A stretch of DNA of 64,000 nt, taken from Macrostomum lignano. Lineage: Eukaryota. Location of the stretch: the NCBI GenBank assembly GCA_002269645.1, contig NIVC01000384.1:248001-312000 (forward strand), read 5' to 3'. Numbering within the stretch: the stretch's first letter is position 1; every line of letters begins with the position of its first letter. The notes under the pieces were generated by a model that had not been told where the DNA came from, searched no databases, and saw only the letters and a program-made list of their open reading frames with translations. A program made the translations under genes and the position numbers. Shown piece by piece: positions 22,214 through 32,143 of the stretch.

Positions 22214-24765
22214 TCAGAGGCGTCGTTTCTTAGAAACCGGCTGACCGCCAGCTGCACCCGAGGACGCCCTGCTGCCTGACGCTGAAGGCCCCGGTCCTGG
22301 CTGATCATCCGTGGTGACCGCCGAACTGCTGCTGTGGCTGGCGGTTCTGCGGCGTTGAAACTGCGACAGGTCGTCAGCTGTGGCGGCGACATCGCCAGTG
22401 GAGCCGTGAGACTGCGAATGCTGCAGCTGTACGACATGGTGATGTTGCTGCTGCAGCTGATGAAGCTGCTGATGCTGCAGCTGCTCGCTGCGTCTGGCGT
22501 GGTGATGGCGCAACGCTTTGGCCAGATGCGACTGGCTGGCTGAGTCGCCCGCCTCGCTGCCGCCTTCGCCTGGTAGGTAGGTAGGTAGGAATGCAAGTAG
22601 GTAAGTAGGTAGGAAGGTAGGAAGGCAGGTAAGTAGGAAGGTAAGTAGGTAGGTAGGTAGGTAATTAGGTAGTAGATAGGTAAGTAAGTAGGTACGTAAG
22701 TAGACAGGTAGTTAGGTAGGTAGACAGGTAATTAGGTAGGTACGCAAGTAGATGGGTAGGTAGTTAGGTAGGAAGTAGACAGGTAAGTAGGCACGTTAGT
22801 AGATAGGTAGGCAGTTAGGTAGGGAACTCCAACAAACCCAGTCCCAGGTCGCCGCCTCCGTCGCTGCCGCCGGCGCCGCCGCCACTGCCGACGCCTCCGC
22901 CAGCCGACAGGCCGCCATCGATCCGGCCGAGCATCTCGTCAACGCTGACGCAGGTGTCCGCCCAGATCTCCAGCGCCATGGAGTGCACAGGCTGATCGGC
23001 ATTGTTGTACATCACCGCATTGAAAAATATCAAGTACAGCCGGCTGAGGAACTGCCTGGTGCTGGTCACCTCGCCGGCATCGACTTGGCGCTTCAACGTG
23101 GTCAGGTCCATCGGGCGGAGCACCACCTTGTTGTAGCCAGGCGCGATGTCGTCGGTGACTGGGTGAAGAAACACGGATCCGTGCTTGTGGCTCATGGCGG
23201 TGCGAAGGACGGAGAGAATCTGATAGGATTTAGGCGGATTAGTAGGCAATTATTATCCGACATCCAGCGCTGACGGCAACTCAGACCATACCTTTGACTC
23301 CTGAGCACATACTGGGGCCCTAATTACTCTAGAATCCCCATAATCCACTCTAAAATCCCCATAATCCACTCTAAAATCCCCATAATCCACTCTAAAATCC
23401 CCATAATCCACTCTAAAATCCCCATAATCCACTCTAAAATCCCCATAATCCACTCTAAAATCCCCATAATCCACTCTAGAATCCCCCTAATCACCCTAAA
23501 ATCGTCCTAATCCACTCTAGAACCCCCCAATCACTCCAGAATCCCCCTAATCACTCTAGACTACCCCTCATGACTCTAGAATCCCCTAATCACTTTAGAA
23601 TCCCCCCAATCACTCTAGAATCTCCCTAATACACCCCAGAACCCCCCTAATCACTCTAGACTCCCCCTTATCACTCTAGAATCCCGCTAATCACTCCAGA
23701 ATCCCCCTAATCCACTCTACAATCCCCTAATCACTTTAGAATCCTCTCATCCACTCTCTAGAACCCCCTAATCCGTATGAAACTCCAACAGACCTGCTTT
23801 CGCCAGTGTTTGACAGCCTTAGCATCGCTGGGTTCCGGCGAGTCAACAAACTCTTTGCCAACAGCAGCAGCAGGAACAGCGGGAGGAGCCGCAGAGGGTG
23901 CAGCAGTACCGGAGGCTGCACTAACGGCTGGAGTTGTCGAAGCTTTCGTTTCAACCGCCTGCAACGCCGCCGCTCCACCGGAGCTGTCAGCAATCGCAGC
24001 AGCAGCAGCGGCGGCAGCGGGCACCAGCGTCGACATCATCGACACCGACGAAGCGTTCAACGATGCCGACAGCGAATCGGGCGCCGATTCGTCCATACCG
24101 ATGTCGGATTTTCGACTCGACAGTTCGTGGAAACCGCTGCCGGCCAATGGCGAGATTGGCTGATCTTCTTCTTGCTGCTGCTGCTGCGGCGGCGGCGGCT
24201 CGACCGACTTCCTCGGCCGGCCCCGACGACCACCGCTTGCGGTTGATGTCGCCGACGGGGTGGCGGCCAGATCAGCCAGTTCGGCGTCGCTGACAACAAA
24301 AAGTCCGCCGCTGACGCGCCTCTGAACCGGGGCGGCGGCGGCGGCGGCTGCCTCGGACACGGCGGCCAGTCTGTACCGCTCGGCTACTGAGTCGATGAGC
24401 TGTCGCAGCTGAACAACTCGCTCCCGGCTGAGTCGCTGCACCAATGACTTGGCGGCGGCGTCGTCATCGTCCTCGGTCACGTGACTCAGCTCGTCAACGA
24501 GCTCGGCGTAGCGCTTGGCGCAGGCTCTGGCGCTGGGCTGGCCGCCCTGGCACTCAGCCAGCGGAGCCACCAGACGGGCCACGGAGGTCCAGGCTCGATC
24601 CCCGACCCGATCGACCGCGCTGGCCAAGGCGAGGTCTTCTCGGCGAGTCCAGCGCCGATCTTGGTCATTGTCGGTATCGTTGTCTTGCTCGACAACTGTG
24701 TCGGGAGTTTTCAAAGACGGCGCAGAGGCGACTTCGGCGGCAGCGCTGATTGCTTCTGTTGCCAT
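22214..24765 (-). CDS. BRD8: BRD8-like SANT + bromodomain protein (NuA4/TIP60 subunit), about 569 aa
   Basis: Exons 24765-23794 (N-terminal SANT-like WTRREDLALASAVDRVGDRAWTSVAR), 23219-22838 (bromodomain VFLHPVTDDIAPGY...RPMDLTT...FFNAVMYN, close to the human BRD8 motif) and 22569-22214 (ends SKKRRL*). Splice phases 0 and 1 are consistent. Confidence 0.88.
22572..22825. repeat. Degenerate (TAGG)n microsatellite, BRD8 intron 2
   Basis: Low complexity. Confidence 0.85.
23325..23775. repeat. 21-bp minisatellite (CCACTCTAAAATCCCCATAAT)n and variants, BRD8 intron 1
   Basis: Tandem periodicity. Confidence 0.88.
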
Positions 24766-25341
24766 GGCAATGCTGTCGATAAACAATCGCAGAATAATGT
24801 ATGGAGCAGTTTTATTTCAGGTTGAAATGTATTAAAACAGAATTTCTACCATGGCAACCGCTTTTAAAACCAACTATAACAAATGGGTTGCTATGGCAAC
24901 CGCTTTTAAAACCAACTATAACAAATGGGTTGCTATGGCAACCGCTTTTAAAACCGACTATAACAAATGGGTTGCTATGGCAACCGCTTTTAAAACCAAC
25001 TATAACAAATGGGTTGCAATGACAACCGCCTTTAAAACCAACTCTAACAAATGGGTTGCTATGGCAACCGCTTTTAAAACCAACTATAACAAATGGGTTG
25101 CAATGACAACCGCTTTTAATTTTAAAGCCAACTATAACAAATGGGTTGCCATGACAACCGCCTTTAAAACCAACTCTAATAAATGGGTTACTATGGTAAC
25201 GGATTAAATAGTAAAATTAAAAATAGTTTTTTTTCACTCACTGTAACTAATAGTTGTTGCTATAGCAACAAAAATAACAACAAAAAGTTAAGATATCGAC
25301 TCAATTCGGCTTTTAGTCTACAAAATGGTTACCATAACAAC
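24758..25341. promoter_or_regulatory. Cluster of 11 RFX X-box-like palindromes (GTTRCYATRGYAAC type), eight of them within a 42-bp tandem repeat
   Basis: Sites start at 24758, 24887, 24929, 24971, 25013, 25055, 25097, 25145, 25187, 25256 and 25328. They lie immediately 5' of, or overlap, the BRD8 ATG. The motif match is seen directly; function is inferred. Confidence 0.5.
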
Positions 25342-25779
25342 CATATTTTTCAAATAGAAAGCTTTCTATTCTATTCTGATAGACTAGTCTATCACACCCA
25401 GCTACAAAATAAATTATAAGGCAAGACAGTCATTAAAGCAACCAACAAAAGCGTTTTTATTAATCAGAAAACTTCCCAAAGTCCGCCTGTCGAACAGCAC
25501 AAAATATTATATCGTTCTGGAACAGCTCGTCAAATTAATTATTAACACGCAGAGCAAAGACCCCCCCCCAGCAACAACAAGTCAATATTTTATATGGAGA
25601 CAAAAATGCCTATTTCAGTTCACAATGGTCACATTGTTGCGGTACACGCAGAAATCTAAGGAATAGAGCAATTGACTGATTCGAGCTCATATCATTTTTA
25701 GTGCTCACATATCGAATGGAAACTCAAATTGATCTCACTAGTTTATTAACTCTTTGCTAAGTACAAGGACAGAAAATAG

Positions 25780-26135
25780 GAGGGGGATGGACGTAGGGAA
25801 GAAAAGGGATGAGAAGTAGGGAGGGAAGAAGAGATGAGAAGTAGGGAAGGAAGAAGGGATGAGAAGTAGGGAAGAAAGAAAAGGAATCAGAAGTAGGGAG
25901 GTAAGAGATGAGAAGTAGGGAGGGAAGAAGGGATGAGAAGTAGGGAAGAAAGAAAAGGGATGAGAAGTAGGGAGGGAAGAAGAGATGAGAAGTAGGGAAG
26001 GAAGAAGGGATGAGAAGTAGGGAAGAAAGAAAAGGAATCAGAAGTAGGGAGGTAAGAAGAGATGAGAAGTAGGTGGGCAAGAAGAGATGAGAAGTAGGGA
26101 TGGAAGATAGGAGATGGGAATAAGAGACAAGAATT
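25780..26135. repeat. Purine-rich GATGAGAAGTAGGGA repeat downstream of the ABCF1 stop
   Basis: Imperfect tandem units. Confidence 0.8.
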
Positions 26136-26353
26136 AGGGGGAAAAGGGGAAATTATTAAACGTAGCCCAAACCCACAACAAACAGAAAGTATTTCGCAGA
26201 AATACCCTGTCGATATTACTTTCAACACCGTCATTCATACTACTTATCGAGACAGACTCAAAAATAAACAACAATCGGGTAAACGGCGCGAGTAACTATC
26301 ACTTTTGTAAGCCTAGTCCGGTGCCTCGCCAGCTAATTTACTGCATACAAGTC

Positions 26354-29300
26354 TCAGGTCGCGGCGAAATCCGGCCTAGCAACCACAGTCTCGCCCAGAG
26401 AGTCCAGAATCTCCTGCCTGTAGTCATCGAATCCGCCGTCAATCTCTTCAACGGACTGGTTCTCCACAACCCACAGCCGGCAGTCAGTGTCGCGGATCAG
26501 CCGCTCATCGTGGCTGACAATAACAACGCCGCCTTCGAATTCGTTGATGGCCTCGGCTAGAGCGTCGATACTCTCAATGTCGAGATTGTTAGTCGGCTCG
26601 TCCAGAATGAGGATGTCGGGCGCTCGACAGGACAACAGGGCGAAGGCTACGCGAGACCGCTGGCCTCCGCTCAACAATTTCATTTTGATTTCGTGAGCAT
26701 GCGATTCCAGACCGAATCGGCCAAGTGTTTTCCTGGCGTCCTGGTACTGCAGGTTGAACAGGGAGCGCAGGAATTCCACCGGGGTGGCCTCCATGTCCAG
26801 CTGGTCGCCGCTGTGCTGATCGTATTTGCCAATGCGAGCCCGATGGTTCAGTCGGCGCTCGCCTCTGGTGGGCTCCAGCTCGCCAGACAGCATCTTCAAC
26901 AGGGTGGACTTGCCGACACCGTTGGGGCCGACTATGGAGATGCGCGACTGCATGTCCACACCGAAGTTCAGGTCCACGAATAGCGGCGTCTGCGGGGGCG
27001 GTAGGGGAGGCGGTCGGCTCCAAATTAATGTGACTGCACTTGGAATCGAGCCTGGGCCGCTGTCACATCATCACAGCATCTTTATCCTATTTACAGACTG
27101 CTCCGGAGGCCGCAAACCCCGAGAAAGGAAAGGAAATTTTAGTTACCACATTAAATTTAAGTGGCATGCGCAAAAAAACTACTGATAAATGAGTAGACGC
27201 TCTACTTTTTCACACCTTTAAATGGCGAGTGACATATTAGTTATTCTAGCAGCCTCTAGTTAGCATGTGTCTTATTTACACTGGTCCACCAAGTTAGATA
27301 GTGGGCGCTTTCTGATTTTTTTTAACTTCATTCGCATCGTCTGCCTTCTCTTCCCGATTTTCTGTCTACATGTACTCAAACCCAATCTTCTCCCTACCCT
27401 TCAGTCTTCTCTACATCTCTCTCTTTACTCTTCCCTACACCTCTCACTTCTCTTCTCTACACCTCTTGATTCTCTTCTCTACATCTCTCCCTTCTCTTCC
27501 CTAAATCTCTCCCTTCTCTTCCCTACAATTCTCTTTCTCTTCCCTACACCTCTCACTTCTCTTCTCTACATCTCTCCCTTCTCTTCCCTAAATCTCTCCC
27601 TTCTCTTCCCTACAATTCTCTTTCTCTTCCCTACACCTCTCACTTCTCTTCTCTACATCTCTCCCTTCTCTTCCCTAAATCTCTCCCTTCTCTTCCCTAC
27701 AATTCTCCCTTCGCTTCCCTACAATTCTCCCTTCGCTTCCCTACAATTCTCCCTTTTCTTCCCTACTTCTCTCTGTTCTCTTTCCTACTAATTTTGTTCT
27801 CTTCCCTACAATTCTCCCTTTTCTTCCCTACTTCTCTCTGTTCTCTTTCCTACTAATTTTGTTCTCTTCCCTACAATTCTCCCTTTTCTTCCCTACACCT
27901 CTCTTTCCTCTTCCCTTCCCTTCCTCGATCTTTTTCTTTTGACTATCTATCCACTTTTTCACTACTAAACTAGAACTGACTACAAAACATATCGGCAGAA
28001 TGGCTCTCGGCCTCATGCAAAAGAAATTCCCAGCAAAAAAGACCAACCTGATTAGGGTAGCTGAAAAACACGTCGTGCAAGCCGAGAATTGGCGGACTGA
28101 GCTCAGGCGGCTGAGGAAAGGTGAACTTGACCACGTACTCCTTGGGCCGTTCAAGCAGCTGTTGAACTCCGGTCGCTTCACCAGCCGCGGACGAGCCGGC
28201 TTTCTGCTGCTTGTTGGCCGATTTCGCCTGCTTTCGCGTTAGCAACTCTTTCTGCTTTTTCTCCGCCTGTTTATTAGACCTTCCGGCTGCTTTCAATTCT
28301 TTCAGCTTCTTCTCCTGCTTCTCGTACTCCTTGATCTGCTCGCGGCGCTTTTGCACAGACATTTTCTTGAAGGTGGCATAGTTGCCGCGGTAATAGAACA
28401 GCTTCTTCTGGTCCAGATGGACGATATCGGTGCACACGTTGTCAAGGAAGCTCTGATCGTGCGACACAATCAGCAAGGTTTTCCGCCACTGTTGCAGGTA
28501 ATTGTCCAGCCAGATGACCGCATTCAGGTCCAGGTGATTAGTGGGCTCGTCAAGGATTAACAGCGTGGGCTCGAGAAACAAGGCTCGAGCCAGGGACACG
28601 CGCATACGCCAGCCTCCTGCGATTGCAGACGGGGATTTTCAGTGTAATTGTTGGATAAAAATTGACAGGTAGCTAGCGGAATCAGAAATCAGGGAGGCTA
28701 GCGGACCAATCAGAGAATCCGAGAGGCTAGCGGACCAATCAGAGAATCCGAGAGGCTAGCGGACCAATCAGAGAATCTGAGAGGCTAGCGGGACCAATCA
28801 GAGAATCTGAGAGGCTATCGGACCAATCAGAGAATCTGAGAGGCTAGCGGAGCAATCAGAGAATCTGAGAGGCTAGCGGGACCAATCAGAGAATCTGAGA
28901 GGCTAGCGGACCAATCAGAGAGTCTGAGAGGCTATCGGACCAATCAGAGAATCTGAGAGGCTAGCGGACCAATCAAAGAATCACCAGATCTCACCAGACA
29001 GAGCCCTAGTCGGGCGCTCCATCATTTCTTTAGTAAACTGCAGACCGGCTAAGATTCTCCGCGCTCGGCCCTCGGCCGAATAGGCGCCAATCGCCTGCAG
29101 CTCAGCCGACACCTCCTGCAGCCGGTGAACCTCAGTCTCGGTGCATTTGCCCCGCTCCATTGTCTTCTTCAGCTGAGCCTCCTCCTCAAGCAGGGCCAGT
29201 CGCTTCTTGTCCGACTCGATGACCACAGTCAGGGCCGGGGTCTCGTCAGCCTGGACGTCCTGCTCGCACAACAGCACATCGATGCCGCGTGGGATTCGCA

Positions 29301-31512
29301 GCGCCCTGGAGGCGATGTGGCGCAATAGGGTGGTCTTGCCGTGACCATTGGGCCCGACAAGGCCGTAGCGCCGGCCGGCGGTGATGTGGAGGTTGGCGTT
29401 GACAAACAGCGGCTTGCCGCCGGCCGAGATGGAGAAATCTTCAACCTTGATGTCCGTCTGGGAGTCCAGGATTTCGTCCTTGATGTTGCGCTCCGCCTGG
29501 GACAGGGCAAACTGACCGATGCCGCCTTTGGAGGTCTCTGCTTGGTTCAGCTCGGCCTGGAGGGCGATTGGGATCTCTGAGTAGTGATTGGGATCTCTGA
29601 GTAGTGATGGGGATCTCTGAATAGTGATGGGGATCTCTGAGTAGTGATTGGGATCTCTGAGTAGTGATGGGGATCTCTGAGTAGTGATGGGGATCTCTGA
29701 ATAGTGATGGGGATCTCTGAGTAGTGATTGGGATCTCTGAGTAGTGATGGGGATCTCTGAGTAGTGATGGGGATCTCTGAATAGTGATGGGGATCTCTGA
29801 GTAGTGATTGGGATCTCTGAGTAGTGATGGGGATCTCTGAGTAGTGATGGGGATCTCTGAGTAGTGATTGGGATCTCTGAGTAGTGATTGGGATCTCTGA
29901 GTAGTGATTGGGATCTTTGAGTAGTGATGGGGATCTCTGAGTAGTGATGGGGATCTCTGAGTAGTGATGGGATATCTATGTACTTATCGGGATCTCTGAG
30001 TAGTGATGGGGATCTCTGAGTAGTGATGGGATCTTTGCGTAGTGATGGGATCTTTGCGTAGTGATGGGGATCTCCGAGTAATTATGTAGATTTCTTGAGT
30101 AGTGATGGGATCTCTGGGTAATTATGGGGATCTCTTAAGTAATGATGGGATCGCTGTGTACTTATGGGGATTTCTGAGTAGTGATGGGGAATTGAAATTC
30201 TCCATCACTAATCAGTAATCTTGACACGTTGAGGATTTGACTTTTTTAGCAGCACTATAGATTTGTTCTGGTGGTAGAAACCCACCTGCATTTTCTCCAG
30301 CTCCAGCTTCTTTAAATATTTGGCCAGGTCCTTCTTAGTCATACGCGATCGTTTCTCCTGCTCCAGTCGCTCCTCTTCAGCAAGGCGCTTCTGCCGCTCT
30401 TCATCCGAGTCGTACATGGCCTCCTCCTCTTCTGCGGCCTTCTGCTCAGCCAGCTCCTTGGCTTTAGCGGCCGCCGCCGCTGCAGTGGCTGCCGCTACAG
30501 CTTTCTCAGCGGCAGCGGCCAGCTTCTCAGCTTCATCGCTGCCTGCCGCAGCGGATTGCTGCTTCTGCTCTTGACCAGCTTCAGCTGGCAACAATTTCAA
30601 CGCTTTGGGATCGTCTTCCTCATCTAGCCAGGCCATCGACTTGGAAACTTTGCCGCTTTGCTTTTTACCTTTTTTAGCTTCCGGTTTAGCTTCCGGTTTG
30701 GTTTCCGGTTTAGCTTCTGGTGGTTTAGATTCCGATTTCGAATTTTTATTATTCTTTACTTTCTCCACTTTCTGTGGCTCAGCTTCCTTGTCGCTCATGT
30801 CCTCATCGCTAGCTTCCTCATCATCATCAGCTCCATCCTCAACATCCAGCATAGCGAAAGCATTAACCGGCTTTTTAACTGGCTGGCTCTTCTTATTTTG
30901 CTTCTGTTGCAACTCGTCCTCTTCAGAATCTTGAGATTCTGGCGCAGCAGCTTTGCTATTTTTTGTTTTACCGCCGCCTTTCTTCTGCTTTGCTGACTTT
31001 TTGTTGCCAGCCAGATCTGCTTTGAACTCGTCGTCAGAATCTGCAACAGTCAGCGCTTTCAATTTTCCTGTTAGCTCAGCCTCGCGCCTATTAAAGAACT
31101 CTTCGTCATCGTCGATGGCACCTTTTTTACCGGCTCCTTTTCTCTGCTGCTGTTTCTTATTACTGGCAACTGGAACTGCAGACTCTTCGTCAGAGTCCTG
31201 GCCGCCACCTTTTTTCTTTCCGCCGCGTTTAGCCTCGCCATTATCGCTAGGCTGGGCCTTCTTCTGCTGCTTTTTCTTATTTCCGCTTTCAATGTCGGAG
31301 TCGTCGCCGGAATCTGGGCCACCTCTACCGGCTTTGCCGCCAGTCTTATTAGCCTTGGGTTTCCCTCCGCCGGATTTCTTCGACTTATTATTGGCGGCGT
31401 CGCCATCATCTGGCTCGGCGGACTTCAACTTGGCGCTGAGATCGGCTTCGCGCTTATCGAAATGATCATCATCGTCTGCGCCTTTCTTTTTCGCGTTACG
31501 TTTCGGCGGCAT
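26354..31512 (-). CDS. ABCF1: ABC-F family ATPase ABCF1 (ABC50), about 997 aa
   Basis: Exons 31512-30286 ([10 protein letters not shown]..., Lys/acidic low-complexity N-terminus), 29556-28995 ([14 protein letters not shown], Walker A GPNGHGKT), 28616-28048 (signature [16 protein letters not shown] across the junction, Walker [11 protein letters not shown]) and 26989-26354 (second [29 protein letters not shown]). No transmembrane domain. Splice phases are consistent. Confidence 0.95.
27385..27935. repeat. Pyrimidine-rich CTCTTCCCTACA-type repeat, ABCF1 intron 3
   Basis: Imperfect tandem units. Confidence 0.8.
28678..28980. repeat. About 29-bp minisatellite (GAGAGGCTAGCGGACCAATCAGAGAATCT)n, ABCF1 intron 2
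   Basis: About 10 tandem copies. Confidence 0.9.
29566..30195. repeat. 19/20-bp minisatellite (GGGATCTCTGAGTAGTGATK)n, ABCF1 intron 1
   Basis: About 30 tandem copies, ending about 10 nt from the acceptor. Confidence 0.92.
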
Positions 31513-31784
31513 GCTGGAAGCATCGTGCGAGTAAACAGGGGACATCTGGTTAGCTCTAGTTAGCTTGGTTTGATTCCTAAGGGGGCCGTGGATGTACATT
31601 GAGTGCACATGCCTAACAATTAGAAATTCAGGGCCGCTTAGGCTCAGGGCCCTGCGTGAGCCGCGTGTGTAGTCAGCGGAGTAGGCTATGGGCAGAATTG
31701 CTTCACCACTGGCTATGGGACGATGTAGCCGAAGACGTTGGGCCAAAGTGCCCTCAACCCTCCTTTTCTATATTCTTACTAATA

Positions 31785-32143
31785 ATATGCAATAATATGC
31801 AATAATATACATTAATAATATGCAATAATAATAATTATTATTATTAATTACACCTGCCCCACTTGGAGCAATTGGGCCAGATGTGCAACCGACAGCTCAG
31901 CCGCAGCTATTGCGCGGCGCATCTGAAGGCTGCGTACGGCTGTTCAGTCCAAGGACGGGGGGGTCACCACACAGCCCCAATTACTCCAGCTAATGCTGGC
32001 ACCCATTTTACAGCTGGGTGAACTAAAGCAATGCAGGTTTAACTGTCTTGCTTAAGGACACAAATTATTCCAGTGGGATCGGGAATCGAACCCCCGACCT
32101 TTAAGTCGTGGGTCCGACGCTCTGACCACTAGTCTACAACCCC
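31785..32143 (-). mobile_element. tRNA-derived SINE with a conserved central domain and a simple-repeat tail
   Basis: On the minus strand: head GGGGTTGTAGACTAGTGGTCAGAGCG with A-box, B-box GGTTCGATTCCC, then TGTGTCCTTAAGCAAGACAGTTAAACC...CACCCAGCTGTAAAATGGG (resembles CORE/V-type SINE central domains), and a (TAA)/(ATTATTGC) tail. It does not fold as a complete tRNA. Confidence 0.8.

Noticed and set aside
29557-29580. Alternative ABCF1 acceptor CTCAG|AGATCCC at the end of the repeat
   Set aside because: It is phase-incompatible with the phase-0 donor at 30285, whereas the acceptor at 29557 gives the correct frame.
31538-31553. 16-bp identity GGGGACATCTGGTTAG with 61521-61536
   Set aside because: About one such 16-mer match is expected by chance in 64 kb, and there is no extended homology.
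32074-32143. Second tRNA gene
   Set aside because: It has A and B boxes but no proper acceptor or anticodon stems and continues into a SINE body, so it is annotated as a SINE head.
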